The notes under the pieces are model-generated. The model made no database searches. It had not been told where the DNA came from and was given only the letters and a program-made list of their open reading frames with translations. From Armatimonadota bacterium (GTDB lineage: Bacteria; Armatimonadota; Zipacnadia; Zipacnadales; UBA5352): a DNA stretch of 41,827 nt. Shown piece by piece: positions 8,078 to 19,578 of this stretch; the stretch's first letter is position 1; every line of letters starts with the position of its first letter. The stretch lies in NCBI GenBank assembly GCA_034722055.1, contig JAYENL010000091.1:1-41827 (forward strand), given 5' to 3'. Both the position numbers and the translations under genes were made by a program.

Positions 8078-10507
8078 ATGAGGACGCGCCTGTGCGCAAT
8101 CGGCTGCGTGCTGATGCTGGCGGCGCCGCTGGTGCCGTCGCGGTCTGATGCTGCCCCATCCCGCGGGCAGGTGGTGCAGATCATGGACCACCAGCCACCT
8201 GCGCCGCCACCCCCGCCGCGCATCACTCGCCCATCGACCCCGCCAGAGCCCCAGCAGCCAGGTCCCGCAGCCGCGCCGGAGGAATCCCCGGCCCCCGAAG
8301 CCAGCCCCGAGCCGGCCGAGGACACCACCGAGGATCAAGCCCCGCCACAGGCCACCGGCCAGCCACCGGAGCCGGCGGATGGCGGACCCGCGGCCGATGC
8401 CGAGGGGGACTGGCGGCCCGAGCCCTCCGAGGAGAACATCCTCATCGACGCCGACGAGGTCTTCTATCAGGCCGGAGCCACGGTGGCGCGGGGCAATGTC
8501 ACCGTGCGCTACCGCGAGATCACGGTCACCGCCGACGAGGCCGAGATCGACGAGGACGGCGTGTGGGGGGTGTTCCATGGCAACGTCACCATCCGCACCG
8601 AGGACATCGAGACCACCGCCGAGCTCATCCGCGTCAACTTCGAGACCGAGGAGTGGGAGGTCGTCGGTGGGCGGACCGCCCTGGAGCCGGACTTCTTCGA
8701 ACAGGGCGTGGCAGAGCCCATCTACGTCCGCGCCCAGAGCATCACCGGCGCCGAGGGCGAGGAGGTCATCACCGCCCACAAGGGGCTGGCGACGAGCTGC
8801 GACCTCGAGAAGCCCCACTATGGCCTGCGCTCAGACACCATTCGCCTCATCGGGGACGACAAGGTGGTCCTCGAGAAACCTGAACTGCGCATCCTGGGCA
8901 ACCGCATCTTCCGCTACCCCTGGGATGTGGTGCTCTCACAGAGGAGTCGCAATAACCGCCTCTTCCCGGAGTTCGGCCAGAACAATGTGGAGGGCTACTA
9001 CGCCAAGCTGGCCTACCTCTACCTTACCACCTCCGAGGCCAACAGCTACGTGCGCCTGCACCTGACGCAGAAGCGGGGCATCGGCCTGGGCGCCGACCAC
9101 TACTACCGGCTGGGCAGCCACCACGGCGAGGCCTCCATCTTCTTCCAGCCCGACGAACAGGCCATCAGCGGCCGGGCCCGCGACACCTGGCAGATCTCCA
9201 GGCGGGTGACCTCCGACCTCAACCTCAGCCTGCAGCGCAACTCCGGCTACGCCGGCGCCACGCAGTCCCTGGCCGGCAACCTCACCTTCCGCCGCCGGGG
9301 CGACACCTCCAACACGACTCTCGGCTTCGACCGCTCCCGAACCGAGAGCACATACTCCTCCAGCAGCCGCTTCACGACCAACCTCAGCCACCGCCAGCGG
9401 CTGCCCGGCGATGCGAGCTGGGACCTGCGGGCGGTTCTCCGGCGCTCCCGGTTCGGCGCCGACAGAGACCCCACCGAGACGCTGGAGACGGATCTGCAGT
9501 TCCAGGACCGCGGTGAGTGGTACGACTGGGCCGTGGGTGCCGAGCGCCGGTGGGACTTCGAGGGCGATGCCTCCAGCAGCTTTGGCCTCGACCGCCTGCC
9601 GGAGGTCGTCTTCAACACCGACAGCCGCCGGCTGGGGAACTGGAAGCTGCTGGGCAAGGTCCCCATGCGCGCCAGCGTCCGTGCCGGCCACTTCGTCCAG
9701 TATCCCGACGAGGAGGAGGTCTCCACGGCCTCCCTGGAGACCAACCTCGGCGGCGGTCGCACCGGCCTCGGCGAGAGCTTCACACTCACCACCACCGGCA
9801 CCTTCGACCAGGCCTTCTACTCCGACGGCTCCGCACGCTACCGCGTCGGGACCTCGATGAACCTCGACGGCGAGTTCGGCTCCAGGTGGTACTCCCGCCT
9901 GTCGCACCGCTTCGCGACCGTGGAGGGCTTCTCGCCGCTGCGCCGGGGATACTCGGGCAAGTACAACGACATCACCTTCTCGGCCGTCCGCCAGGACCCC
10001 AACCGCTCTCGCTTCGAGCTCACCGGAGGATACGACTTCCAGGACGAGCGCTGGCGGGAGCTGCGCCTGCGCGGCTGGGCGAACGCCTCCGAGCGCGACC
10101 GCCTGGAGCTGGTGGCGGGGTACTCGCTGGACCGCGCCATATGGCGGCCGCTGCAGATGCGGTGGACGCACGCCGTGCCCTGGGACCTCTACCTGGCCCT
10201 CTCCTCCCGCTACGACCTCGACGATGAGAAGCTCACCGACGCCGACCTGGAGTTCGACTGGCGCATCGACTCCCGCTGGCGTCTGGAGGGCCTCACCACC
10301 TACAGCGGCTACCGCGAGGAGCTGGACGAGATGAACCTCCGCCTCACGCGGGATCTGCACTGCTGGGTGGCGAACGTCACCTACAACATGGAGCTCGACG
10401 AGATCCGCGTGAACCTGGGCATCAAGGCCTTCCCCTTCGAGGACCGCGACTGGACGCTGGGCCGCGGCGGCGCCCGCCTCGGCAGCTATCAGCAGGTGTA
10501 TTACTAA
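8078..10507 (+). CDS. lptD: LPS-assembly protein LptD-like outer-membrane protein
   Basis: Signal peptide, Pro/Glu-rich linker and OstA-like beta-jellyroll ('IDADEV', 'ARGNVTV', 'TSCDLEKPHY'), then a beta-barrel-like region ending 'RDLHCW'. Adjacent to lptF/G. Confidence 0.75.
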   Translation: MRTRLCAIGCVLMLAAPLVPSRSDAAPSRGQVVQIMDHQPPAPPPPPRITRPSTPPEPQQPGPAAAPEESPAPEASPEPAEDTTEDQAPPQATGQPPEPADGGPAADAEGDWRPEPSEENILIDADEVFYQAGATVARGNVTVRYREITVTADEAEIDEDGVWGVFHGNVTIRTEDIETTAELIRVNFETEEWEVVGGRTALEPDFFEQGVAEPIYVRAQSITGAEGEEVITAHKGLATSCDLEKPHYGLRSDTIRLIGDDKVVLEKPELRILGNRIFRYPWDVVLSQRSRNNRLFPEFGQNNVEGYYAKLAYLYLTTSEANSYVRLHLTQKRGIGLGADHYYRLGSHHGEASIFFQPDEQAISGRARDTWQISRRVTSDLNLSLQRNSGYAGATQSLAGNLTFRRRGDTSNTTLGFDRSRTESTYSSSSRFTTNLSHRQRLPGDASWDLRAVLRRSRFGADRDPTETLETDLQFQDRGEWYDWAVGAERRWDFEGDASSSFGLDRLPEVVFNTDSRRLGNWKLLGKVPMRASVRAGHFVQYPDEEEVSTASLETNLGGGRTGLGESFTLTTTGTFDQAFYSDGSARYRVGTSMNLDGEFGSRWYSRLSHRFATVEGFSPLRRGYSGKYNDITFSAVRQDPNRSRFELTGGYDFQDERWRELRLRGWANASERDRLELVAGYSLDRAIWRPLQMRWTHAVPWDLYLALSSRYDLDDEKLTDADLEFDWRIDSRWRLEGLTTYSGYREELDEMNLRLTRDLHCWVANVTYNMELDEIRVNLGIKAFPFEDRDWTLGRGGARLGSYQQVYY

Positions 10508-10510
10508 CGG

Positions 10511-10553
10511 CAAGCTACAAGCTCCAAGCTACACGCTCACGACAACCACAACG
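10511..10553 (+). repeat. Short heptamer tandem (CAAGCTA/CAAGCTC)
   Basis: CAAGCTA CAAGCTC CAAGCTA CACGCTC, then decayed CAAC units, immediately after the lptD stop. Confidence 0.6.
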
Positions 10554-10559
10554 CCTGCC

Positions 10560-10660
10560 GTTCCGTGGCACGGACGTTCCCGAGTAGACCCCTCAGGGTC
10601 TAAGGAACTCCGCAACCTGGCTCGCCTGCGAGCCTCCGGACACTCCTGTCCGTGCGCCGT
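10560..10660 (-). repeat. Structured dispersed repeat, copy 1
   Basis: Reverse complement ACGGCGCACGGACAGGAGTGTCCGGAGGCTCGCAGGCGAGCCAGGTTGCGGAGTTC...GTCCGTGCCACGGAAC aligns with 33268-33383. Contains nested hairpins. Confidence 0.85.
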
Positions 10661-10668
10661 CTGTCGTT

Positions 10669-10692
10669 GTCGGGCTGTCAAGCCTGACCTAC
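10669..10692 (-). repeat. GTAG-family REP-like element
   Basis: Minus strand GTAG-GTCAGGCT-TGAC-AGCCCGAC, located between convergent lptD and pheT. Confidence 0.6.
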
Positions 10693-10723
10693 TCAAATGC
10701 TCCCGTTCCGCTTGCAGCCCGCA

Positions 10724-12913
10724 CTACCACGTGCGAACCTCCGCGCCCAGCTTTCGGCCCAGGTGCGACTGGATGCTCTCCATGGCCTCCTCGACCTCCT
10801 CATCGGTGAGCGTCCGCTCCGGGTGCCGGAAGGTCAGGCGGATGGCCACCGACTTGCGACCCTCGCCCAGCCGCTCGGGGTCCACGTAGACATCGAAGAC
10901 CCGCACGCTCTCAAGGTGCTCCCCGCCGGCGCTCTCGGCCACGTCCACGAGCCTCGCCGCAGTGTGCTGCTCGTCATCATCCACCACCAGCGCCAGGTCC
11001 CGCACCGCCGCCGGCATCCGCGGCTGCGACTCGTACTCCGCCAGCAGGCTGGCCGCCTCCAGCACGGTGTCCAGGTCGATCTCCACGACGCAGGCCGGCT
11101 CAGGCAGGTCATAGGCCTCCTGCACCTGGGGGTCGATCTCGCCCACGTATCCGACGCCGTGCCCGTCAACCAGGATCTCCGCCGTTCGCCCCTGGTGCAG
11201 GGAGCCGTGCTCTCCGCGCTCGAAGCTCACCTCATCGATGTGCAGGCGCGCCAAGAGCTGCTCCACGACGCCCTTCAGCCAGTAGAAGTCCATCTTCTCG
11301 TACTCGTCCGGCAGGTTCCAGGTGGAGGTTCGCGCGCTTCCCAGCGCAACGGCGGCCAGGGTTCGCCGCTCCTGTGGCAGCTCGTCATCACGGGCGATGA
11401 ACACCCGCCCGACCTCGAAGAGCGCAACGTCCTCCACCCGCTGGCGGACATTCCGCTCAGCCGCCGACAGCAGCCCCGGCAGCAGCGTGGTGCGCATCAG
11501 CTCCTGGTCCTCGGCCGCGGGCTCTCGCAAGCACAGGGCCTGCCGCTCCTGTCCCTCCTCGCCGATGCACAGGAAGTCCAGGTCGCAGTCGCCCATCATC
11601 GAGTAGCTGACGTTCTCGCACAGCCCGGCCCCGCGCATGACCTCGCTGACCCGGCGCTCCAGCCTCTGCAGCCGCGTGCGCACCCCGGCGCCGGTGGTGC
11701 TCTCTGGCAGCGTGGTCGGGATGTTGTTGTAGCCGTGGACGATGGCGACCTCCTCGATGAGGTCGATCTCCCGCTCGATGTCCGGCCGCCGCGTCGGCAC
11801 CCGCACGCTCAGCCGCTCTCGCGTCTGGGCCTCGTCGGGCACCGGGTGCAGCCACTCGCCGGCCGCCTCGGCGTGCTCGGGCTCCTCCACGGTCTCCCGC
11901 TCGACGTGCAGCTCCAGGCGCTCCAGCAGCTCCACCTGCTGGTCGGTGGTCAGCTCGGTGCCCAGCACGTAGTTGCTGCGCGCCGGGCGCAGGCGGACGG
12001 TGCGCGGCGGGAACTCCTCGACGCGCACGTCCATGGCCGGGCCCACCACCTCGCCTCCCGACATCTCCGCGATCAGCTTCGCCGCCCGGGCCGCCGCCGG
12101 CAGCGTCAGATTCGGATCCACGTACCGCTCGAAGCGGTAGGACGCCTCGGTGCCCATCCCCAGCCGCTGTGCCGTGCGTCGGACCATGGTGGGATTGAAG
12201 TGCGCGGACTCGATGAGCACGTCCAAGGTCCGGTCCCGCATCTCGGTGTCGGTCCCCCCCATCACGCCCGCCAGCGCCACCGGGCCCTTGGGGTCGGCGA
12301 TGACCAGGTCCGCCTCGGTCAGCTCGCGGGTGATCCCGTCGAGGGTCATCAGCCTCTCGCCTGGCTCGGCCCGCCGCACGATGATGTGCCCGTCCACCAG
12401 GAGCCTGTGGTCGAAGGCGTGCAGTGGCTGGCCCAGCTCCCAGAGCACGTAGTTCGTGGCATCGACGACGGTGTTGACGGGCCGCGCGCCCGCGGCCTCC
12501 AGCCGGTGGGCCATCCACTGCGGGCACTCCCGCACCTCCACGCCCACCAGCCGCAGGGCACTGTATCGCGGGCAGCCCTCCAGATCATCGATGGTGATGC
12601 GCGTGTCGCCCTGCTGAAGGTCGCGCTCATCATGGTTGGGCTCCTCGATGGCCGGCAGCGAGCAGTCGGGCATCTCGAACTCGCAGCCCAGCACGGCCGC
12701 GGCGTGGCGGGCCACCCCGGTCATGGACAGCAGGTCGCCACGATTGGAGGTCACCGTCGTGATCAGCACCTCATCGCTGGCCTCACCATCGGCGGAGGTC
12801 CAGCTCTCGATCTCCTCCACCTCCAGGCCGCTCATAGTCAGCTCCTCGGCCAGCTCCTCGGCTGAGATGTCGGCCTTCAGATAGTCCATCAGCCACTCAC
12901 ATGGAACCCGCAT
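10724..12913 (-). CDS. pheT: Phenylalanine--tRNA ligase beta subunit (short form lacking the B2 OB domain)
   Basis: Motifs 'LTMSGLEVE', 'NRGDLLSMTGVAR', 'GQPLHAFD', 'ASYRFER', 'RPDIEREIDLIEEVA', 'MRTTLLPGLL' and FDX-ACB 'RTLTDEEV'. Confidence 0.97.
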   Translation of the reverse strand: MRVPCEWLMDYLKADISAEELAEELTMSGLEVEEIESWTSADGEASDEVLITTVTSNRGDLLSMTGVARHAAAVLGCEFEMPDCSLPAIEEPNHDERDLQQGDTRITIDDLEGCPRYSALRLVGVEVRECPQWMAHRLEAAGARPVNTVVDATNYVLWELGQPLHAFDHRLLVDGHIIVRRAEPGERLMTLDGITRELTEADLVIADPKGPVALAGVMGGTDTEMRDRTLDVLIESAHFNPTMVRRTAQRLGMGTEASYRFERYVDPNLTLPAAARAAKLIAEMSGGEVVGPAMDVRVEEFPPRTVRLRPARSNYVLGTELTTDQQVELLERLELHVERETVEEPEHAEAAGEWLHPVPDEAQTRERLSVRVPTRRPDIEREIDLIEEVAIVHGYNNIPTTLPESTTGAGVRTRLQRLERRVSEVMRGAGLCENVSYSMMGDCDLDFLCIGEEGQERQALCLREPAAEDQELMRTTLLPGLLSAAERNVRQRVEDVALFEVGRVFIARDDELPQERRTLAAVALGSARTSTWNLPDEYEKMDFYWLKGVVEQLLARLHIDEVSFERGEHGSLHQGRTAEILVDGHGVGYVGEIDPQVQEAYDLPEPACVVEIDLDTVLEAASLLAEYESQPRMPAAVRDLALVVDDDEQHTAARLVDVAESAGGEHLESVRVFDVYVDPERLGEGRKSVAIRLTFRHPERTLTDEEVEEAMESIQSHLGRKLGAEVRTW

Positions 12914-13045
12914 TGCTCTCTCCTCCAGTCACCGCCAGCGCCGCACTACTGCCGCTGTCTGCGCTCATCTGTGCCGCGCCGGGTGTCACCGTCCGCCTTC
13001 CGAATCGCCTGTTGCTGGCCGTGCGTGCCCGCCATCCGCCGCCCC

Positions 13046-14065
13046 TCAGAACTGCCTGAGCATCCGCATGTCGCCGCTGTAGAGCAGGCGCATATCCGGG
13101 ATGCCGTAGCGGTTCATGGCGAAGCGCTCCACACCCACCCCGAAGGCGAAGCCGGTGTACCGCTCAGTGTCGTAGCCCACATTCTCCAGCACATTGGGGT
13201 CCACCATGCCGGCGCCGCCCAGCTCGATCCAGCCGGTGCCGCTGCACACCCGGCAGCCCTGCCCCGAGCACACGAAGCAGCTCACCGCGAACTCCGCGCT
13301 GGGCTCGGTGAAGGGGAAGAAGTCCGGGCGGAAGCGCACCTGGGCCTCCTCGCCGAACATTCCGCGAGCGAAGGCCAAAAGCGTCCCCTTCAGGTCCGCG
13401 AAGGTGATCCCCTCATCCACGCACAGCCCCTCAAGCTGGTGGAAGGTGTGCGAGTGCGTGGCGTCCACGGTGTCGCGGCGGAAGCATCTGCCCGGCACCA
13501 CCACCCGCACCGGCGGCTCCTGGGACTCCATGACCCGGATCTGCACCGTGGAGGTCTGGCTGCGCAGCAGCATGTCGTCGGTGATATAGAAGGTCATCTG
13601 CTCATCCATGGCGGGATGGTCAGGCGGGTAGTTGAGGGCCTCGAAGCCGTAGTAGTAGGTCTCCACCTCCGGCCCCTCCGCGATGGTGTAGCCCAGCCCC
13701 AGGAAGATCTCCAGCATGTCGTCGAGGGTCTCCAGCAGCGGGTGGCGCCCGGCCACGTGCTGGGCGCGACCGGGCAGCGTCACGTCGATGCGGTCCTCCG
13801 CCTCCCGCTCGTGGACCTTCAGCGCCTCCAGCTCATCGCGCCGCTGCTGCAGGATGCGCTCCAGCTCCTGGCGCGTCTGGTTGATGAGACGCCCCGTCTG
13901 CGGGCGCAGCTCCTCGGCGATGTCCCTGATGCCCTGCTGGATCTCCCGCAGCAGCCCGCTCCGGCCCAGATACCTGGCCCGAAGCTCGTCCAACTCCTCA
14001 AGGCTGGTGGCGTTGCGCAGGGCGGCCTTGGCCGCCTGCGCCATCTCCTCCAGTCTGCTCTGCAT
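13046..14065 (-). CDS. pheS: Phenylalanine--tRNA ligase alpha subunit
   Basis: Motifs 'HPAMDEQMTF', 'LLRSQTS', 'DATHSHTFHQLEG', 'FFPFTEPSAE' and 'GFAFGVGVER'. ATG 14065 with GGAGGAG RBS. Confidence 0.98.
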   Translation of the reverse strand: MQSRLEEMAQAAKAALRNATSLEELDELRARYLGRSGLLREIQQGIRDIAEELRPQTGRLINQTRQELERILQQRRDELEALKVHEREAEDRIDVTLPGRAQHVAGRHPLLETLDDMLEIFLGLGYTIAEGPEVETYYYGFEALNYPPDHPAMDEQMTFYITDDMLLRSQTSTVQIRVMESQEPPVRVVVPGRCFRRDTVDATHSHTFHQLEGLCVDEGITFADLKGTLLAFARGMFGEEAQVRFRPDFFPFTEPSAEFAVSCFVCSGQGCRVCSGTGWIELGGAGMVDPNVLENVGYDTERYTGFAFGVGVERFAMNRYGIPDMRLLYSGDMRMLRQF

Positions 14066-14126
14066 GGCCGCTCCTCCTGCTGGCCCGTCCGAACCTGACA
14101 TCTCTCACAGCACCTGCCCCGGCAAC

Positions 14127-14171
14127 GCAACAGGCCCCGCCTCTCGTCCCAGGGACGAAAGCACGGGGCCT
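14127..14171 (-). terminator. T-box terminator hairpin
   Basis: AGGCCCCG..UUUCGUCCCUGGGACGAGA..CGGGGCCU followed by only a weak U tract (GUUGCGUUG). Confidence 0.7.
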
Positions 14172-14370
14172 CCGCTACACCACCCGTCGGGTGGGAGTAT
14201 GCTCCGGTAACGGTGGAGCGCCGGCTCGGCCTACTGGCGGAATACATGCCTTCCGCTTTCAGCCTGCGACTCAGGAGCGAACTTCAGCGCGGCGATCGGC
14301 CGGGGCGCTCTCAGCCAGTGGCGCCCCTCTCTGCTGACCGTCCCTCCGCGCCTACTTCTCTCCGTCGCTG
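14127..14370 (-). ncRNA. T-box riboswitch (Phe, UUC specifier) upstream of pheS
   Basis: Minus strand shows GA...AGUAG at the stem I base, AGAGAG and GGCUGAGA apical motifs, and specifier loop GAAG-UUC-GCUCCUGA (UUC = 14281-14279). T-box GGGUGGUGUAGCGG at 14185-14172, with complement UUUCGUCCCU. Confidence 0.9.
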
Positions 14371-15170
14371 TCGTTGGTGCGTCCGCGTTGTCTGAGGATC
14401 TCCCAGATAAGTATCCCGGCCGCCACCGTCACGTTCAGACTCTCGGCGCGGCCGGGCATCGGGATGTATGCACGCAGATTCGCCTGCCGCGCGACATCCT
14501 CGCGCAGCCCGTTGGCCTCGTTGCCCACCATCACCAGCGCCCGCTGCGGGTAGCGGATACGCGTGTGCGGCCGGGCGTCCTCGAGGCACCCGGCGACAGT
14601 GCGGATGCCCTCCCGGCGCGCCCACCGGATCATCTCGCCCCCCTCCACCCCGGTGACCGCCGGCAGGTGAAAGATCGAGCCCGCCGTGGCCCGCACCACC
14701 TTGGGGTCATACACGTCCACGCAGGTCCCCGCCGCGATCAGCCCCTGCGCCCCGGCGGCATCGGCGGTGCGCAGCAGCGCGCCCATGTTGCCGGGGTCCC
14801 GCAGATCCACGGCGGCCACCACCAGATCGGCATCACCCGGCAGGTCCTCCAGCCGCGTGTCCGGGATGCTCACCGCCGCCGCCAGGCCCTCCGGCGACTG
14901 CACCTGGCTGAAGGCCCGGAAGGCGCCCTCGGCCATCCGCAGCACCGTCTCGCCCCGATCGGAGAGCTCTCGCGCCAGCTCCTCGGCCCGCTCGCCGGTG
15001 ACCAGCTCCGGGCACCAGGCCACGGTGGCGAGGTGCATCCCCCCGCCGATGGCCTCCTCCAGCGCCCGCACACCCTCCACCAAAAACTGCCTGTGCGTCC
15101 GCCGCCCCTTGCGCGTCGCCAGTGAGCGAAGCCGCTTCACGTGCTGGTTCTGCGTGCTCTCGATTACCAA
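14352..15170 (-). CDS. TrmH/SpoU family RNA 2'-O-methyltransferase
   Basis: Motifs 'FLVEGVR', 'RDPGNMGALLRTADAAG', 'GNEANGL' and 'IPMPGRAESLNV'. TTG start. Usual position between rplT and pheS. Confidence 0.95.
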   Translation of the reverse strand: MVIESTQNQHVKRLRSLATRKGRRTHRQFLVEGVRALEEAIGGGMHLATVAWCPELVTGERAEELARELSDRGETVLRMAEGAFRAFSQVQSPEGLAAAVSIPDTRLEDLPGDADLVVAAVDLRDPGNMGALLRTADAAGAQGLIAAGTCVDVYDPKVVRATAGSIFHLPAVTGVEGGEMIRWARREGIRTVAGCLEDARPHTRIRYPQRALVMVGNEANGLREDVARQANLRAYIPMPGRAESLNVTVAAGILIWEILRQRGRTNDSDGEK

Positions 15171-15186
15171 TGTCTGCGCGCCTTCG

Positions 15187-15546
15187 CTACGTTGGCATCT
15201 CCTGCTTGGCGATCTCGGCCACCTCGGCGAAGGCCTCCGGGTCCTCCATCGCCATCTTGGCCAGCATCTTGCGGTTGATCTGCACGCCGGCCTTCTTCAG
15301 CCCGCCGATCAGCCGGCTGTAGTTGGTGCCGTTCGCGCGGGCCGCGGCGTTGATGCGGACGTTCCACAGCCGGCGGAACTCCCGCTTCTTCCGCCGCCGG
15401 TCGCGCCAGGCGAATGCGCCCGCTCGCAGCACGGTGTCGGAGGCGCTGCTGTAGAACCGATGCCTGCCGCCCCACGAGCCCTTGGCGGCCTTCAGCACCT
15501 TCTTGTGCCTGCGCCGCCGCACGTAGCCCGTCTTCACTCGCGACAT
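15187..15546 (-). CDS. rplT: 50S ribosomal protein L20
   Basis: Motifs '[21 protein letters not shown]', '[21 protein letters not shown]' and 'INRKMLA'. Confidence 0.99.
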   Translation of the reverse strand: MSRVKTGYVRRRRHKKVLKAAKGSWGGRHRFYSSASDTVLRAGAFAWRDRRRKKREFRRLWNVRINAAARANGTNYSRLIGGLKKAGVQINRKMLAKMAMEDPEAFAEVAEIAKQEMPT

Positions 15547-15603
15547 GGAATACTCTTCCCTTCACGCCGGGCCGGCTCTCGCCAGCTCGCGGCCGTCCTG
15601 AGC

Positions 15604-15801
15604 CTAGTCATACGGCAGCAAGGTCTCGATGTTCTTCTGATCCTTGCCCGTGAGCTCTTTGTCCCGCGCCAGCCGCCGCTGGCGGCCCGAGCTCTTCTTC
15701 ATCGATAGATGGTTCTGGCCCTGACTGGAGTACATCAGCTTCCCGGAGCCGGTGCGCTTGAAGCGCTTGGCCGCGGCCTTCTTCGTCTTCATCTTTCCCA
15801 C
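15604..15801 (-). CDS. rpmI: 50S ribosomal protein L35
   Basis: 'KMKTKKAAAKRFKRTGSGK...LLPY'. Start placed at GTG 15801 (65 aa). Confidence 0.97.
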   Translation of the reverse strand: MGKMKTKKAAAKRFKRTGSGKLMYSSQGQNHLSMKKSSGRQRRLARDKELTGKDQKNIETLLPYD

Positions 15802-15866
15802 TATCATCAAACCCTTCTCAGCCGGGTGCGACACGCCTCCCGGCCGCGTTATCCACAGAAAACCCC

Positions 15867-15892
15867 GCCGACCGGGGCTCGCCCCGGTCGGC
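15867..15892 (-). terminator. GC-rich hairpin between infC and rpmI
   Basis: GCCGACCGGGG-CGAG-CCCCGGTCGGC (11-bp stem), followed on the minus strand by GGGGTTTTCT. May be a terminator, attenuator or part of an L20-responsive structure. Confidence 0.45.
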
Positions 15893-15919
15893 TGGTAAGC
15901 CTGCGCCTCCCCACGATGC

Positions 15920-16435
15920 TCAGTCTTCGGACTTGGGGCGCAACACCATCGTCATCCGGCGGCCCTCCATCCGGGGCGGCTGTTCGACCTCCCCGAACTC
16001 CGAGCAGCCCTCGATGAACTTCTGAAGCTGCTGTCGGCCGCGATCCTTATGCCGCAACTCCGGGCCCCTGAAGATGACGTTGAACTTCACCATGTCGCCA
16101 TTCTCCAGGAACCGGTTGGCGTTGCGCATCTTGAACTGCACGTCGTGTTCCTCCGTGTTCGGCCGAACACGGATGGACTTGAGCTGCATCTGCTTTGATT
16201 TCTTCTTCGCTTCCTTGGCCTTCTTCTGCTGCTCGTAACGGAACTTGCCGTGGTCCATGAGGCGGCAGACCGGCGGATCCGCGTTCGGAGCGACTTCGAT
16301 GAGGTCGAGTTCGCGCTTCTCTGCCTCTGCCAGCGCCTGCTTGGTCGGCATGATGCCGATCTGCTCGCCGTCGGGTGCGATCACCCTGACCTGCGGAGCG
16401 CGAATGCGCTCGTTGACGCGGTAGGACTTCTCTAT
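15920..16435 (-). CDS. infC: Translation initiation factor IF-3 (probable ATA start)
   Basis: Motifs 'RVNERIRAPQVRVI', 'DLIEVAPNADPPVCRLMDHGKFRYE' and 'PRMEGRRM'. GGGAGTG RBS followed by an in-frame ATA at 16435, with no ATG/GTG at the expected position. Confidence 0.96.
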   Translation of the reverse strand: MEKSYRVNERIRAPQVRVIAPDGEQIGIMPTKQALAEAEKRELDLIEVAPNADPPVCRLMDHGKFRYEQQKKAKEAKKKSKQMQLKSIRVRPNTEEHDVQFKMRNANRFLENGDMVKFNVIFRGPELRHKDRGRQQLQKFIEGCSEFGEVEQPPRMEGRRMTMVLRPKSED

Positions 16436-16531
16436 GGTCCCGTCACTCCCTGCCCGACACCTGCTGGCGGCCCCACTACCCCGCCCCGCGGCTGTACGCC
16501 CAGAATAGGCCCGAAACGAAGGGTACCATGG

Positions 16532-16560
16532 ACGATAGCAAAAAACCCCAGGCGAGTCAA
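16532..16560 (-). promoter_or_regulatory. Putative sigma70 promoter for the infC operon
   Basis: TTGACT (16560-16555), 17-bp spacer ending TGC, then TATCGT (16537-16532). Extended -10 TG is present. Confidence 0.6.
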
Positions 16561-16595
16561 GACAGCCTTGAGCGCTGCGCATGGAATGGAAGACG

Positions 16596-16624
16596 TTGAC
16601 GGTCAGAGCCGGGCAGGGTAGAAT
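16596..16624 (+). promoter_or_regulatory. Putative sigma70 promoter for uvrA
   Basis: TTGACG-N17-TAGAAT. Confidence 0.65.
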
Positions 16625-16667
16625 ACGATGTCCGGACGGCAGAATTGGAGGTGGCGGCACACGCCCC

Positions 16668-19514
<2,847 letters not shown>

Positions 19515-19578
19515 CAGCAGGCGGGCTCAAGGCACCTGCACGAGCATTCCCGCCACGGCGCCACCGCGGATCGCCACG

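Noticed and set aside
16561..16667. LexA/SOS box upstream of uvrA
   Set aside because: No convincing GAAC-N4-GTTC or CTGT-N8-ACAG palindrome is visible.
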